The notes under the pieces were generated by a model that saw nothing but the letters and a program-made list of their open reading frames with translations, was not told the DNA's origin and made no database searches. From assembly GCF_001194135.2 (NCBI RefSeq), contig NC_068982.1, positions 145,283,268 to 145,347,267 of the forward strand: a DNA stretch of 64,000 nt, read 5' to 3'. The DNA comes from Octopus bimaculoides. Lineage: Eukaryota. Shown piece by piece: positions 52,029 to 64,000 of the stretch. Within the stretch, counting starts at the first letter, position 1. Every line of letters begins with the position of its first letter. A program made the position numbers and the translations under genes.

Positions 52029-52620
52029 GTTTTTTTAAATTGCCGTTTTTTAAACAGGCCCAGGATTTTGTCGCACATACTTCAGCTTTCTTTCGATGTG
52101 TCTGACGTGCTGACTTTGTATTGCATTCTTGTCCATTTCTCCTATTACGCGCTTCATCACCTGTTTTATTAACTATCTTAACTAGTTTTTCTGTGCTGCT
52201 CTGTAAATACTCTACTAAACCTTTTCTTTTCTTCTGTACACATTCTTCTACTGCTATTAAGCCTCTACTACACTGGTCTCTCCTCATGTACAGCCAGTTG
52301 ATATCAGCTTTTGGATGGTGGGCTCCATGCATCGCCAACAACTTCCTAGTTTTTCTGTCGAGTTACTTTATATTGTTTTTTGTGCAGTCTATATATAATT
52401 CCAATTCCATATCTAATTAAAGGTACTGCTCTTGAATTTATTACTTCAATAAGACTTTTGGAATTTAGCTTTGACTGCAATAATTTTCTTACTCTCCTTC
52501 TGTACTCTCTATTGGTAATTTGTTTCATTTCTTCATTTTCTTATCTTGTCTGCTTCCAGTATTCCCAAATACTTACTTATACCACTCTCCTTTCTCGACC
52601 GCTCTCATTGTTTACTCATT
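52029..52620 (-). mobile_element. Second, divergent R4/Dong-clade fragment (post-RT region, family X) starting at a (TAA)n tract
   Basis: It reads MRAVEKGEWYK..YLGILEADK, EYRRRVRKLLQSKLNSKSLIEVINSRAVPLIRYG, HGAHHPKADINWLYMRRDQCSRGLIAVEECV and WACLKNGNLKK. Confidence 0.85.
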
Positions 52621-52623
52621 TGA

Positions 52624-52624
<1 letters not shown>

Positions 52625-52658
<34 letters not shown>

Positions 52659-52770
52659 GTAGTAGTAGTAGTAGTGGTAGTAGTATTAATAGTGGTGGTG
52701 GTGGTGGTGGTGGTGGTGATGGTGGTAGTAATAGTAGTAGTAGTAATAATAAAGATAGTAGTAATAACAG
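52625..52770. repeat. Compound trinucleotide microsatellite (ATT)n-(AGT)n-(GGT)n
   Basis: Read directly. The unit changes stepwise by single substitutions. Confidence 0.95.
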
Positions 52771-54195
52771 TCTAAAAGTAGTACTAGCAAAAGTAGGTAT
52801 AATTATTTTGATTTGAAAAGTATAACAAATAATAAAAATAAATTACTAAAATTAATAAATGAAAGCAAACTAAAACTCGAATATAAAAGTGCAAATCATT
52901 TAGAGTGTAGATGATCTGCTTCGACAAGTTTATATCAAATTGTCGTCTTATCGCTTCTTACGTATTGAATTATATGTTAAATTATACTCGAATCTCCAGT
53001 TAGATGTTTGAAAAATTGTTTTGAAATCTTTTAAAATTCATTTCTACAATCCCTCCCCCACTTTCTTTCTTTCTCAAACATCATTCAGTTTCTCTCAATA
53101 AAAAATATAAATATGTAAAGTATTTTCTCTGAAAAGCCTTCCTTTCATGATTATATTTTCTTCTAAGAAAGCATCCAGAATCCGTTCGCATTTCTTCAGC
53201 TCAATTTCTTTTGCTCGATTTCTTCTAAATTATATTTCAAAGATATCCAGATCTCTTGCTAATCGCTGAAGTCTGTTAGTCAATTCTTCCTGTTATCTCA
53301 ATAAATTCTCCAATGCTGAGTATCCTTTAAGTAGTTTCAAACTCTTTTAGTATTTATTTATTTTTAAACTGCTGCATTCTTATAAATTTTAACTTTTACT
53401 GGTGGGGAATTAATCGTCTTATTGATAAGCACATAAGGAATACGAAGAACTCAGGTTTTCGAAGATGGTTGCAATACATATAGTACTGGTGTTAGTGACC
53501 GTGGAATGACGAAAGCCTGAGCAATCATTTGGTTAGATTCGAACGTAGAACCTAATGGCATATAACTAAGTATTGCAAAGCGTTCTTACCGCCCATTACG
53601 GTAGCCATCTTAAAATGATATATATTAGTAGTAGGTAGAATCACAAGAATAGAGGAAGAGAAATGCTTTGCGCTATCTACTCAAGTCACTTCAAGTTCTG
53701 ACTTCTAATTGTAGCAAAAATCAACGTTGCCTTTACCCCAGTTAAGTACTGGGATCGATGGCATCGTATCTATGTTAGAAATAATTCTTCTTGATTATTG
53801 TCCAAGTCTGCTCCACGCTGAACTGGGTCTAACCACCACCACCACCTCCACCTCTTCGAAGTTTAGTGACCGAGCAGAGGAGACTAAAATAGTTTGTTGC
53901 CTGTACATGGGTTCCTTTTACGTTTTGAGTTCATGGCTGACATTAACTTTCTATTTCATTCCTCTGGGATTTATAAAAGATATAGCAGTCAAATATATAT
54001 GCTAACATAATACACTATAATATATAGAGGTCGAAGAATGTGCTAATATAATACACTATAATACATAAAGGCCCAAGAATCTATCTACTGGTCAGCATTA
54101 ATTGGGCAGATGCTTTTTCCCATTCCACCTTTGATTTTGAAGTACATTATTCAATGAGCCCTGCCAATTGCATTTTGAAGACAACAAAATACAGG

Positions 54196-54237
54196 TTGAG
54201 TGAGATTTGGGTGCTTTTTCTAGCAAGTTGACTGACC
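54196..54237 (+). repeat. Short interspersed repeat fragment (other copies at 25034-25063 and 63301-63335, minus strand)
   Basis: ttgagtgagatttgggtgctttttctagc versus the reverse complement of gctagaaatagcagccaaatctcactcaa. Confidence 0.6.
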
Positions 54238-55628
54238 TTATAGAGGCTTCCTCCTAATTAGAGTTTCAGTGTTGCCTACCTGAAGCAAAGACTTCAGGTA
54301 GGCTCCACAACACCATCTATTATAAGTTGAATAAAATTTACTTTATATGTGCCATCTACATTGGGCCATACATGAGGCATGCTCGCTAAAAATCCAATAT
54401 TCTGTCTCATAATTTATAGGATACTTGGCTGAAAAATAAATATCACTAATTAAATTCGAATACTATAAACCTCTCAGTGGGTTATATTTCTTTTCATTTT
54501 CTATATTTTACGAGATGACTGTAGTTAATTAAAATGAATTATCGTCGAGTTAAACCTTTGTTGACTCGAGTGTGCAACCATGTCAATTCCAGTTGATGTT
54601 ATTTCACTTTATTGAAGTCTCTAATGCCCTTTAGGAAACTACAACTGTCGCACACACACGTTTCCCGTTTTCTTTTAAACGCAATTTACGGTGTCTCGCC
54701 AAGAAATCAATAGAAATAGCTAAAATTGAACGCAATCATCTGATATCATACACTGGCCCATATCTCATCGGAGTAGACACCCTGTTTCCTTACTGTTCTA
54801 AATTAGATCGTATCCTTTCAAACATTCCTCATTATTATTTTCTTAAGGAAAGTAATTTTAATAAATGGAGTTGGAAATGTCGTTTACAATCTTCCTAATT
54901 TTAACCACACCTTTATAACATTCCGTGATTTTCCGTGACAACATCTTCATGTATATGTCCAGCATTTCTTTTACCATGATATCAATACTAATGTTATGTC
55001 CTGTTCTTCTGTCTAGCTTTCTCTTTAGCTATACATTCTACTATTTTCTATTTCATTTTGATTTTTTCTTTCATTCTTCCTGGCTATCTTGAAGACATCT
55101 CTGTCTTTTCATCTCTTTTTTCCCCGACTTGTTCAGTGAATTATGCAATCATTCACTCACCTCTCCTCCAAACAATTGCTTTTCACCTAACCGATCATTT
55201 CCTCATCATTCTCGCTCCAGTCAACGCGGTCTTATTTCTCACTGACTTTCTCAATCATTTCCCCGCTCATCATTCAGTTACTCATACTACAAACGACCAT
55301 GATTCATTGTTATACAGAACACGATAAAAAAAAAAAATTATATTTTCTTCGTGATCGATGATAGTCATTATAGAAGACTAGAATGTCGATCAAAGTCAAT
55401 CAATTCAAATAAAGTGAACGGATTTCCTTTGCGAAATGAAGCTAAAACGGGAACATATAAAATATAATCAATGTGTCATGGTATTTTAAAATCAGCTTTT
55501 TATATTAGATAAGTGCATCTTGTTACAATATAAGTGTGAAATTTCAAATGTCACAGTCATAAGATCAACTAGGTATGTATGAATATATATAAGGTATGTA
55601 TGTATGTATGTATGTATGTATGTATGTA

Positions 55629-55716
<88 letters not shown>

Positions 55717-55757
55717 CTTAGCGCTCTAAGTATCATATCTATCTATCTCTCTATCTC

Positions 55758-55801
<44 letters not shown>

Positions 55802-56263
55802 GCTACCTAGCTAGCTATCTATTTTCTTTCTTTATATCAATCTCCTGCCTGTCTGTCTGTCTGTCTAACAAATTGCTATAAAATATTAAAAGAATACACG
55901 AACATATGCATGAAGCTTTGTATAAGCTGTTATTGTTCTTTAATTTTGTTGTTGCTTATGTCAGATCCATTCTGATCGATCTAACATACGATCATGTTTA
56001 AGCCATGACTGTCAGAATGTTTTTATATAATATCTTCTTCACTTACATAAGACACTATGGTTTGATTTAAAAAAATGAAATTGATTCCTATGCATAGCAT
56101 ATCTTCGACGCACGTTCATATTCTTTACACAAGTAAACACACACATACACATACACGAGCGCGCGCATACACACGCGTGCGCGCTCACACACGCGTGCGC
56201 GCTCACACACGCGTGCGCGTATATATGATAGAATAAAGATCATTCTAGAGTCATATAAACTCA

Positions 56264-56466
56264 TAGGGCTGGTTTCCGTAGCGCATATATTTCCCCCTAA
56301 CGACACGCCGATCCGTTGCAGGATTGCTCATTTTCCCTGGAAGAGTGGACTGAAGCAACATAAAATGAAGTATTTTGCTCAAGAAGACAAGGCACTGCCC
56401 GGTCCACCAATCGAGACCACAGTCTTGCGATCATGAGTTCAATGTCACTATCCACTAAGCCACGCA
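56264..56466 (-). mobile_element. Family C tRNA-headed SINE
   Basis: Colinear with 29409-29605 (tagggc.ggtttcc...gcagga...gcaac.taaaatgaa.t.ttttgct.aagaa...cccggtcc...accaca.tctt.cgatc.tgag). Confidence 0.78.
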
Positions 56467-57496
56467 TACTCTCTCTCTCACACATACATACACACACAAC
56501 CACATAATCATCATCATCATCTGGGTTATAAACATTACATTGTGCTGAACAAGAAGCTCCTCTACGGCTATCAGGTAGCATATGTTATCATACAGGACTT
56601 CTATTACTCGATACACCTATGGAAATCTTGTTATTATCCGCAAGATTTATACGAAGAATTTTAATACAGGAAGATGGAATGAATATGCTTTAGAACGCTA
56701 ATAGGTATAAGAGATGAGTACTGTATATTTACGACATTATGATATGGTGTTCATCTAACTTCATAAGAGTTGAGACATGTCTGTGCTTAGAAATACAATG
56801 AATAAGGCGTTTGTTTGATAGTTTTTATTATTTTTATTGCTATTAATTTGTTCGTAGTAATTTTATTATGCCTCTGTGTTTTCGTTTGCTCTTCACCAAT
56901 GGAATGCTAAATATTACATAACGGTATAAAACAAAAGGAAACGAAAGATTATCCAGCAGTGCTATCGATCCTACTCACCCGAAGACGTGCAAGTATACAG
57001 CTATTGTCGGATCGTATTAATGTTATAATGTGTATAGTATGTGTAATATGCAGCAATTGCCAGCTGATATTGAATAATGCCAGTTCATTCTTGGAATAAA
57101 GCCAGTTCATTCCATTGTTTTGTATCAAATTTCTCAGGCTAACCAGTACATCACGAGGGGAATTTGTATACATACTCGTCGTGTGTGTATACACACTCAA
57201 ACACACACATACATACACACACAAACGCACACACACACAAACGCACACACACACATATACTTATAAATATATGTATATTATATATATTTATGTATAATGA
57301 TATTGGCTAAACTGGCAACATGACCATCCTCAAATACAACAATGTCTGTTTCAACACACGAATTCACATCAAGAATCTTGCAAAACTAATATATAAACGT
57401 AATATATGTATAATTATATATATATAGATAATTTTATATATGTGTGTGTCAGTGTATGTGTGTATGTATGTGTAGTGTTTGTGTATGTATACATAT

Positions 57497-57630
57497 ACGA
57501 CAGGTATCCATACAAATTCCCCTCATGATGTACTGGTTAGCTTATGTGAATGGTAGAAGCCACGTGTCCAAGGTTCTGCACAGTCGGACTGAACCAAAAT
57601 CCACGTGGTTGCGAATTGAACTTTACCTAA
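57497..57630 (-). mobile_element. Degenerate family B SINE fragment
   Basis: gtagaagccacgtgtccaagg...cagtcggactgaacc...ccacgtggttg. Confidence 0.55.
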
Positions 57631-57827
57631 CGCGCGCGCACACACGCACACATACACAAACAACATGCGTGCGAGCGCACTCATATATACACATAGACAT
57701 GCGCACTCACATATACACATAGACATGCGCACTCATCTATAAAGAAATAAGAAATAAGCATAAAACATATTCAAAGCTTTATATGTATATATATGTGTGT
57801 GTGTTTGTGTGTGTGTGTGTGGGTATG

Positions 57828-57860
<33 letters not shown>

Positions 57861-58469
57861 ATGGAGAGCGAGGGAGCGAGAGAGAGACAATTGCAGATGT
57901 TTGGGATGAATTTGCGAAACGTGAGCGGGAAACGGAAATTAAATTGCGCGCATGCACACACTCAAACGCTAACACGTACACTCAAACGCACACACATACA
58001 CTCAAACGCACCTCCCACACACAGACGTACACACGCACACACGCATGCACGCAAATATACATACGCACACACTTATTATGTATACGTATACATGCACATA
58101 CACAGAAGTTCTTGATTTCTGTAGGCGTCTCTAATGCTCACAATTATGGTCCCATAACTGTTCAGGCCTTATTAACTACATACATTGCTAGAAGTGGTCA
58201 TTAAGATTCAGCAAACTCTAAGCATTCACTAATTGGAACACCTTCGAAAATTACGGTTCATCTCTTTAGTGTGCTTGAAACAGCGCTATAATACATCTGC
58301 GGAATTTATGAACTTTCGATTAGAAAAGGAATAATGAATAATTATTAACACGAATAATGAATAACACGTCCTTTCTCGAACTTTCATATCAGCATGATAT
58401 CACTTAACAGGTTAATAACTATACAAGATTCCACTAGCCGACAAAAAGTTTCAATCAGCACTGTCATAA

Positions 58470-58788
58470 AAAATACTAGGTCGTATGAATATGTATTCCT
58501 ATGTAAAAATGCTCGGTCGATATCAGTAGGTATTTCTATATAAAATACTAGGTATATATCAATATGTATTTCTATCAAGAATTCTAGATCGCTACCAGTA
58601 TGCTTTTGTATCTAAAATATTAGGTTGGTATTAATATGTATTTGTGTGTAACGTTTTCGATAGGTATCATTATGTACTTCTGTCTAAAATATTAGGTTAG
58701 TTTCAATATATATTTCTATGTAAAATACTACGTCGATATCTAAGAACTCAGGTGCATATGAATATGCATTTCTGTCTAAAATACTATC
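58470..58788. repeat. Degenerate minisatellite of about 36 bp, about 9 units
   Basis: Units include aaaatactaggtcgtatgaatatgtattcctatgt, aaaatactaggtatatatcaatatgtatttctatca and aaaatattaggttagtttcaatatatatttctatgt. Confidence 0.8.
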
Positions 58789-58794
58789 TTTATC

Positions 58795-58935
58795 TTTTAT
58801 CTTTTACTTGTTTCAGTCATTCGACTGCAGCCATGCTGGGGGAAGCGCCCTGAAGAAATTTTTGTAGAATGAGTCGACTTTTTTCTTTTAAAACCTGGTA
58901 CTTCTATCAGTCACTTAGACCGAACCGCTAAGTAT
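58795..58935 (-). mobile_element. Family B SINE 3' tail fragment
   Basis: ttttacttgtttcagtcattcgactgcagccatgctgg...gaaccgctaagt matches 13885-14022. A shorter tail lies near 34595-34650. Confidence 0.7.
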
Positions 58936-59488
58936 TCATAAGATTTCTAGCTAGGTAATCTACTATGTAATATTTCCTCAGTTGATAATTGGTGTTTATA
59001 TTATGGATCTTGGGTTGAAGAACCAGATAGGTGGTTTCGTTATTTCAATTTAGCGAACAGTACATTGAGTGATAAAAGTACAAATTGCTTTAACGATTTT
59101 CATACAGCCTGGCACACAACTAGACGTACATACATACATACACGTATACATACATACACGTATACATACATACACGTATACATACATACATACATCGAAG
59201 CGACAAGTCACGTATTTGGCGTGGGAGTCTATTTATCGAAAATACGATGAATATTATCTCCAACTTTGGAGCCACAACTATCAGCCTCGTTAAATAACTA
59301 GTTAATCTTTAGATGAATTAACTGAGGGAGAAAACTGAATTTAAACACACATGGTGAACAAAAATTAAGAACAACTAAATTATTTTTCAAGGTGAACGTA
59401 CAAAACCTGTAACAACAGAGATTTTTAAGCACAACTAATTGAAATACACGAACAAATTTGTAGACAGAAGTTAGTGTGTGAGTGATTT

Positions 59489-59523
<35 letters not shown>

Positions 59524-60294
59524 AAGAAACAGACATAGACTAAAAGAGAGGACCTATTACACAGGGTGAGCAAGAGAAACAGAGAATGAAAAAAAGAGAG
59601 AGAAGAGAGAGAACAAGCAGAGAGGAAAAGGGAGAGAATCGGTTGAAAACTGCAAAAGTTTTTAGAGAAAACGCCCTGTAAAACACCGTTTTTCCCGGTT
59701 TCTCGCTTTACGCGGGAGCTCTGGGTAAAATGTTATTGCGCATGACCATCCTCGGCACTTAAGTAATGTGCGTTTACAGTTTGGGGAAAACCGGTATAAA
59801 ACTGTAGAAATGCATACGTACTACACACATACACATCTATCTTTGTTTTATGTATATAGGTATATATATATTAGAAAAAATAATAAGGCACCCAGATATC
59901 TGGATGTTTGTACATTTACAGATTTTTATTAATATGTCACATGTTTTATAAATATTAGCGCTTGCACCTATTCTTGTTGGTGTTTCAAATATGATTTCAC
60001 TTTCAGGTATGTATATATATTTTATAGCTTCAGCTGAGAGATGCGGCCATGCTGACGCACCGCCGTTTATATACAAACGTTTGCACTAAAATTGATTTAT
60101 TATGATTTTATTATCTATTGTAGAATAAATCTATAGAGTTTTAGAGGCAACATTGTATCGACATGAAAACAATTAGTCATGGACATAAAATTAGGGATAA
60201 ACTGTAAAGATTATAACGTTGATATTAGATTTTCTTCAACGACATGCTTTAACTGTTCACAAAGATCGTAGTTATCAGATAAGAAGAAAATAAT

Positions 60295-60660
60295 GAAGTT
60301 GACGGAGTGCTTCAGCGTTGCAGAGGTCTGCGCGCCACAGCAACACGTCTCCACCCTTGTTAGCCGCTTTCATGATAATATCTTTGCGGGGTCGGAAATA
60401 TCGAAGGGTCTAGAGTTCGGCCGGGGAGATGTTAAAATGTCGGGGACGCCTGCAAAAGTTAAACCGGTCCATAACACGTTGGCAGATGCTTGCAATATGA
60501 TCGACTGCTTATAACTGGCCAGGAGCTGGTGTGCAGTGGGATGGTCGACGGCCCAGGGCGGTGAAACACTCCCCTTCATTAGATGCAGGTGAAGTGTTGT
60601 GGAATAGTGCATATAGCCTGACGTGGTGCACAAAGCTATGAATATCAGCACGTGTCCAAG
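60295..60660 (-). mobile_element. Penelope-like element ORF remnant (region just N-terminal to the RT core)
   Basis: The minus frame reads DIHSFVHHVRLYALFHNTSPASNEGECFTALGRRPSHCTPAPGQL*AVDHIASICQRVMDRFNFCRRPRHFNISPAEL*TLRYFRPRKDIIMKAANKGGDVLLWRADLCNAEALRQL. This matches the Penelope motif NLS..E..AL..L....DI.IKPADKGG.VV.W. It contains in-frame stops. Confidence 0.8.
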
Positions 60661-60922
60661 TCTAAATGACAAATAATAATGTTTATGCTTCCCTGTATCT
60701 TTCCCACTCAGATGGAGGAATTGTTTTGAAAAAGGCCTCTTATCAAATTCTTATCGTTATATCTTTCCTCAACATGTCACGCCTAAAGAGTAAGCGAACC
60801 TTGCTCCTCTAGTGAAGTTTTATTTATTTTTTTTTTTTCCATTTCATTCAATAGAATTTAATTTTAATTATAAGTACACCTGCAGCGGTAAAATATATAG
60901 CTGCAAATTATGCGTGTGTCCC

Positions 60923-60953
<31 letters not shown>

Positions 60954-61470
60954 CCAATACTTATTTGGTACACAACAGTAATAATTAACTGACTGTCAAT
61001 TGATATTTTTAACTGTGTAGGATCAGTCTTAAAATAGTTCAACAGATAATTTTGAATAACCTTCAGAGAAATTACCCCTAAACAATAGACATTTCAATAC
61101 AAGAATAGTAACACATTTATAAGAAAAAGAATAAAAATAAATCGAATGACAAGCAGGTAGGAGTCTTTTGGTTTATTGAACAAGAGAAAATAAGTACGTG
61201 CGTGTTTGTGACAAATGTTTATCGTGTAAAGCGCAGGTATGATAGAAGCATTAAAATAGAATAGAATTAAATTTCATGTAAAAATAAAACCGAATCAAAT
61301 TAGAAATAGGAAGAAATTACTCTGTGTGTTTCTTTACAGATATATGTGAGCATTTAAGGACGTATTTGTATATAGTCATTACCTTCATTTCTAAATTTTC
61401 TTTACATGTAGCAAAACTACACGTTATTCCTACCGACTCGTATTTGTGACTGTAAAGTGGAGTGAAACTC

Positions 61471-61590
61471 TTAAAGCAAGAGATACGGAATTCAATTATA
61501 TTCTAACACTATGAACATTTTCCCAGGTGGTAGCAAGGCAGTATAAATATTCTAAGTCTGAAAAGCAATGATTATTACGAAGAAAAAAAA
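61471..61590 (+). repeat. About 120-bp diverged direct repeat, copy 1
   Basis: ttaaagcaagagatacggaattcaattata...cccaggtggt...ttctaagtctgaaaagc.atgattattacga recurs at 63683-63803. Confidence 0.9.
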
Positions 61591-62270
61591 AAGTAAACAC
61601 TAACATAATCTAGGGTTAATTTAATTAGGTTTCAATATTTATAAGCAAAATTTCAGTTATATATAAGTATAGACACCGAATGAATGTCTAATAAGTACCA
61701 ATTGAACAATGGCGCCGAATTAATCGACTAACCCCTCCCACAAAATTAAAAATATAATCACGGAAAAAATGTAATCGATGTTCTTAATAGATAAACAATA
61801 TTATAAAGGAATCTATTTGTACCAAGGCTAAAACTGAGAAGACAACAGACTGAGCCCACTTCCTCAGAAATATATTGTAACTATCTGCATACATGGGTAA
61901 ATTGAAATACTGTAAGGTTTGTGAGAGATTCATTGATTAGGAGGTGAATTTTCACGAGGTCGTGTAAAAAATGTCCGAATCAAAAGAGAAAGACGTATAA
62001 ATAATCAAACTCTTTGAAGAGCACCAAAAACAAAAATGTGTCTGATTAATAGATACTAATAGACCTATATGAAAGGAAGACAGACACACGCAGCATGATC
62101 CCAGTATTAAGTTATGATACTGTCAATTTGTGAAGCAACAAAAGCAAAATTCAATAAAGGAAAAATCACAAGTGTATCAACAACACTGTTAACAGTGTGG
62201 TTCTGAAGATAGGATAGCAGTTGTCTGTACAAAACAGACATCTACATCAACAGAAGAATATTCTTTTCTG

Positions 62271-62459
62271 CTCCAGGCACAAGGTCTGAAACTTTGGGGG
62301 AGGGGGCTAGTCGATTAGATCAACCCCAGTACGCAACTGGTACTTAATTTATCGATCTCGAAGTATTAAAGGCAAAGTTGATCTCGGCGGAATTTGAACT
62401 CAGAACATAAAGACAGACGAAATACCGCTAAGCAATTCGCCCGGCGTGCTAACGTTTCT
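62271..62459 (-). mobile_element. Family A SINE lacking about 15 nt of its 5' head
   Basis: Family A body ending at cgtgctaacgtttct, directly abutting the next copy. Confidence 0.88.
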
Positions 62460-62692
62460 TATTTCTTTATTGCCCACAAGGGGCTAAACATAGAGGGGAC
62501 AAACAAGGACAGACAAAGGGATTAAGTCGATTACATCGACCCCAGTGCATAACTCGTACTCAATTTATCAACGCCAAAAGGATGAAAGGCAAAGTCGATC
62601 TCGGCGGAATTTGAACTCAGAACGTAACGGCAGACGAAGTACCGCTAAGCATTTCACCCCGCGTGCTAACGTTTCTGCCAGCTCGCCGCCTT
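62460..62692 (-). mobile_element. Family A SINE subfamily with an alternative 3' tail
   Basis: Family A head and body, but the tail is gcccacaaggggctaaacatagaggggacaaacaaggacagacaaagg instead of the usual ggcacaaggcc..aa.tttggggg. Confidence 0.88.
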
Positions 62693-63682
62693 CATTAAGG
62701 CAAGAATATTACAAAAGAAAGAGCTGCTATATAAAACCTGGAATGTAACACATATTTTATATATGTAAATATTAGGGGTCGATTACGACTGTAAGAAATG
62801 CAAAATACTTATAGTAGTGAGAAAAACATATCTAAGAGCATAAATATATCTAAGAGAAAAACATATCTAAGAGCAATAATATTAGCTAAACACTTCTCCC
62901 TATCGCAATAAGTTTTGTTTTGTACTGACAAGTTACAAAGACGATTGGGAGTAGTTGTGAAGTGCATTTAATGGAGATAAATAATATCAGTGCAGCCGAG
63001 TCACCCAGATTATGCTTGGGTTACGTTGATCGTATATACAAAGCACTTTAACTTATGAAATATTGGGTCCCAGATGCATCCGATCATGGCATACAATTGC
63101 CTGGAAAGATAAAAAGACTGTTAATTAATTTGGACGACAATACTAATGTGCATCCGTTCAATAACTTCTCGATTTCCAATCTCAACTGTCCAGAGGGCCT
63201 CATTCTCTTAGGGGAATATCTGTTTCGTTTCCCAATTAATTTCGTTCAGCCTGTTTATGTTCCTCAATCCATCAAGGCTGCTTCTATCTAATCGTTCAAG
63301 TTGCTGAAAATAGCAGCTAAACCTCCTTCAAACGGTAATTCACTGTCTTAAATCTACACTGACACATTGTTTTATCTCGTTCCACAAACCAGTAAAGCAA
63401 AACGGATTATCACGAAGCGAAATGATTTTGATAGTAATTAACATTAGATAAAATACATGCAACGTTTTATTGATAAATATTGTCCTTAAAGTTTACTTCA
63501 AGTAAAGAATGTTTTGCCTTTTCGTGTGAAAACTTGTATAATTGTATATCTTTTTAAAAGTCTGAAGTAAATCTTTCCGTTCCCGAAGCAACAGTTCGTG
63601 ATATATGTGTGAAGATATCGTATTTAACAACTAAATACTAAAGGTACAATTTATATATATATAATTGAACCGTGCAAAACAC

Positions 63683-63803
63683 TTAAAGCAAGAGATACGG
63701 AATTCAATTATATGCTAACATTATGAACATCTTCCCAGGTGGTGGCAAGGCATTTTAAAATCTTCTAAGTCTGAAAAGCGATGATTATTACGAGGGAAAA
63801 AAA
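63683..63803 (+). repeat. About 120-bp diverged direct repeat, copy 2
   Basis: Homologous to 61471-61590, with substitutions and a 1-nt indel. Confidence 0.9.
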
Positions 63804-64000
63804 ATAAAGATTTATTAAGTATCTTCAGATAGAAAAATAACCCAAATATCATCAAGTAAAACTCAGGAAGAAAACTAAAATAAATTAAAATGTATAAAGA
63901 ATAAATCAAGTGCCACAGCAAACAAAATTAATGAGAACAATTAACGTTCATTTTTAACTTGAAATCACGAGAAATGTTTTTTTAATTGCTAACGTATATA

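Noticed and set aside
58470-58788. 36-bp periodicity suggesting a CRISPR array
   Set aside because: The units are adjacent and degenerate, there are no unique spacers or cas genes, and the context is eukaryotic.
60370-60672. 100-aa minus ORF with a signal-peptide-like start (MSFRLGHVLIFIALCTTSG)
   Set aside because: It starts at TTG and is an alternative frame of the Penelope remnant, which explains the region better.

Overview
AT-rich, microsatellite-dense eukaryotic DNA with many N-gaps. The SINE families and the compound (TA)/(CA)/(TATC)/(TACA) microsatellites suggest an octopus-like (cephalopod) draft assembly; this is an inference. I cannot support any intact protein-coding gene, and nearly all listed ORFs are microsatellite or gap artefacts or transposon remnants. 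What the sequence does support: (1) about 20 tRNA-headed SINE copies or fragments in four families, some with exact target-site duplications; (2) two decayed maT-type Tc1/mariner transposases, one with intact DD37D spacing, the other split at its second catalytic Asp by a 272-bp hairpin MITE with GG termini and an exact 8-bp TSD (Merlin-like); (3) a TTAA-flanked palindromic MITE (Kolobok-like) and other long inverted repeats; (4) three R4/Dong-clade non-LTR retroelement fragments abutting microsatellites; (5) a Penelope-like RT remnant. The most notable observation is a set of four type-I hammerhead-ribozyme-like motifs with palindromic stem III, the architecture known from Penelope-like elements and retrozymes. 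The copy at 21040-21089 is nearly intact.
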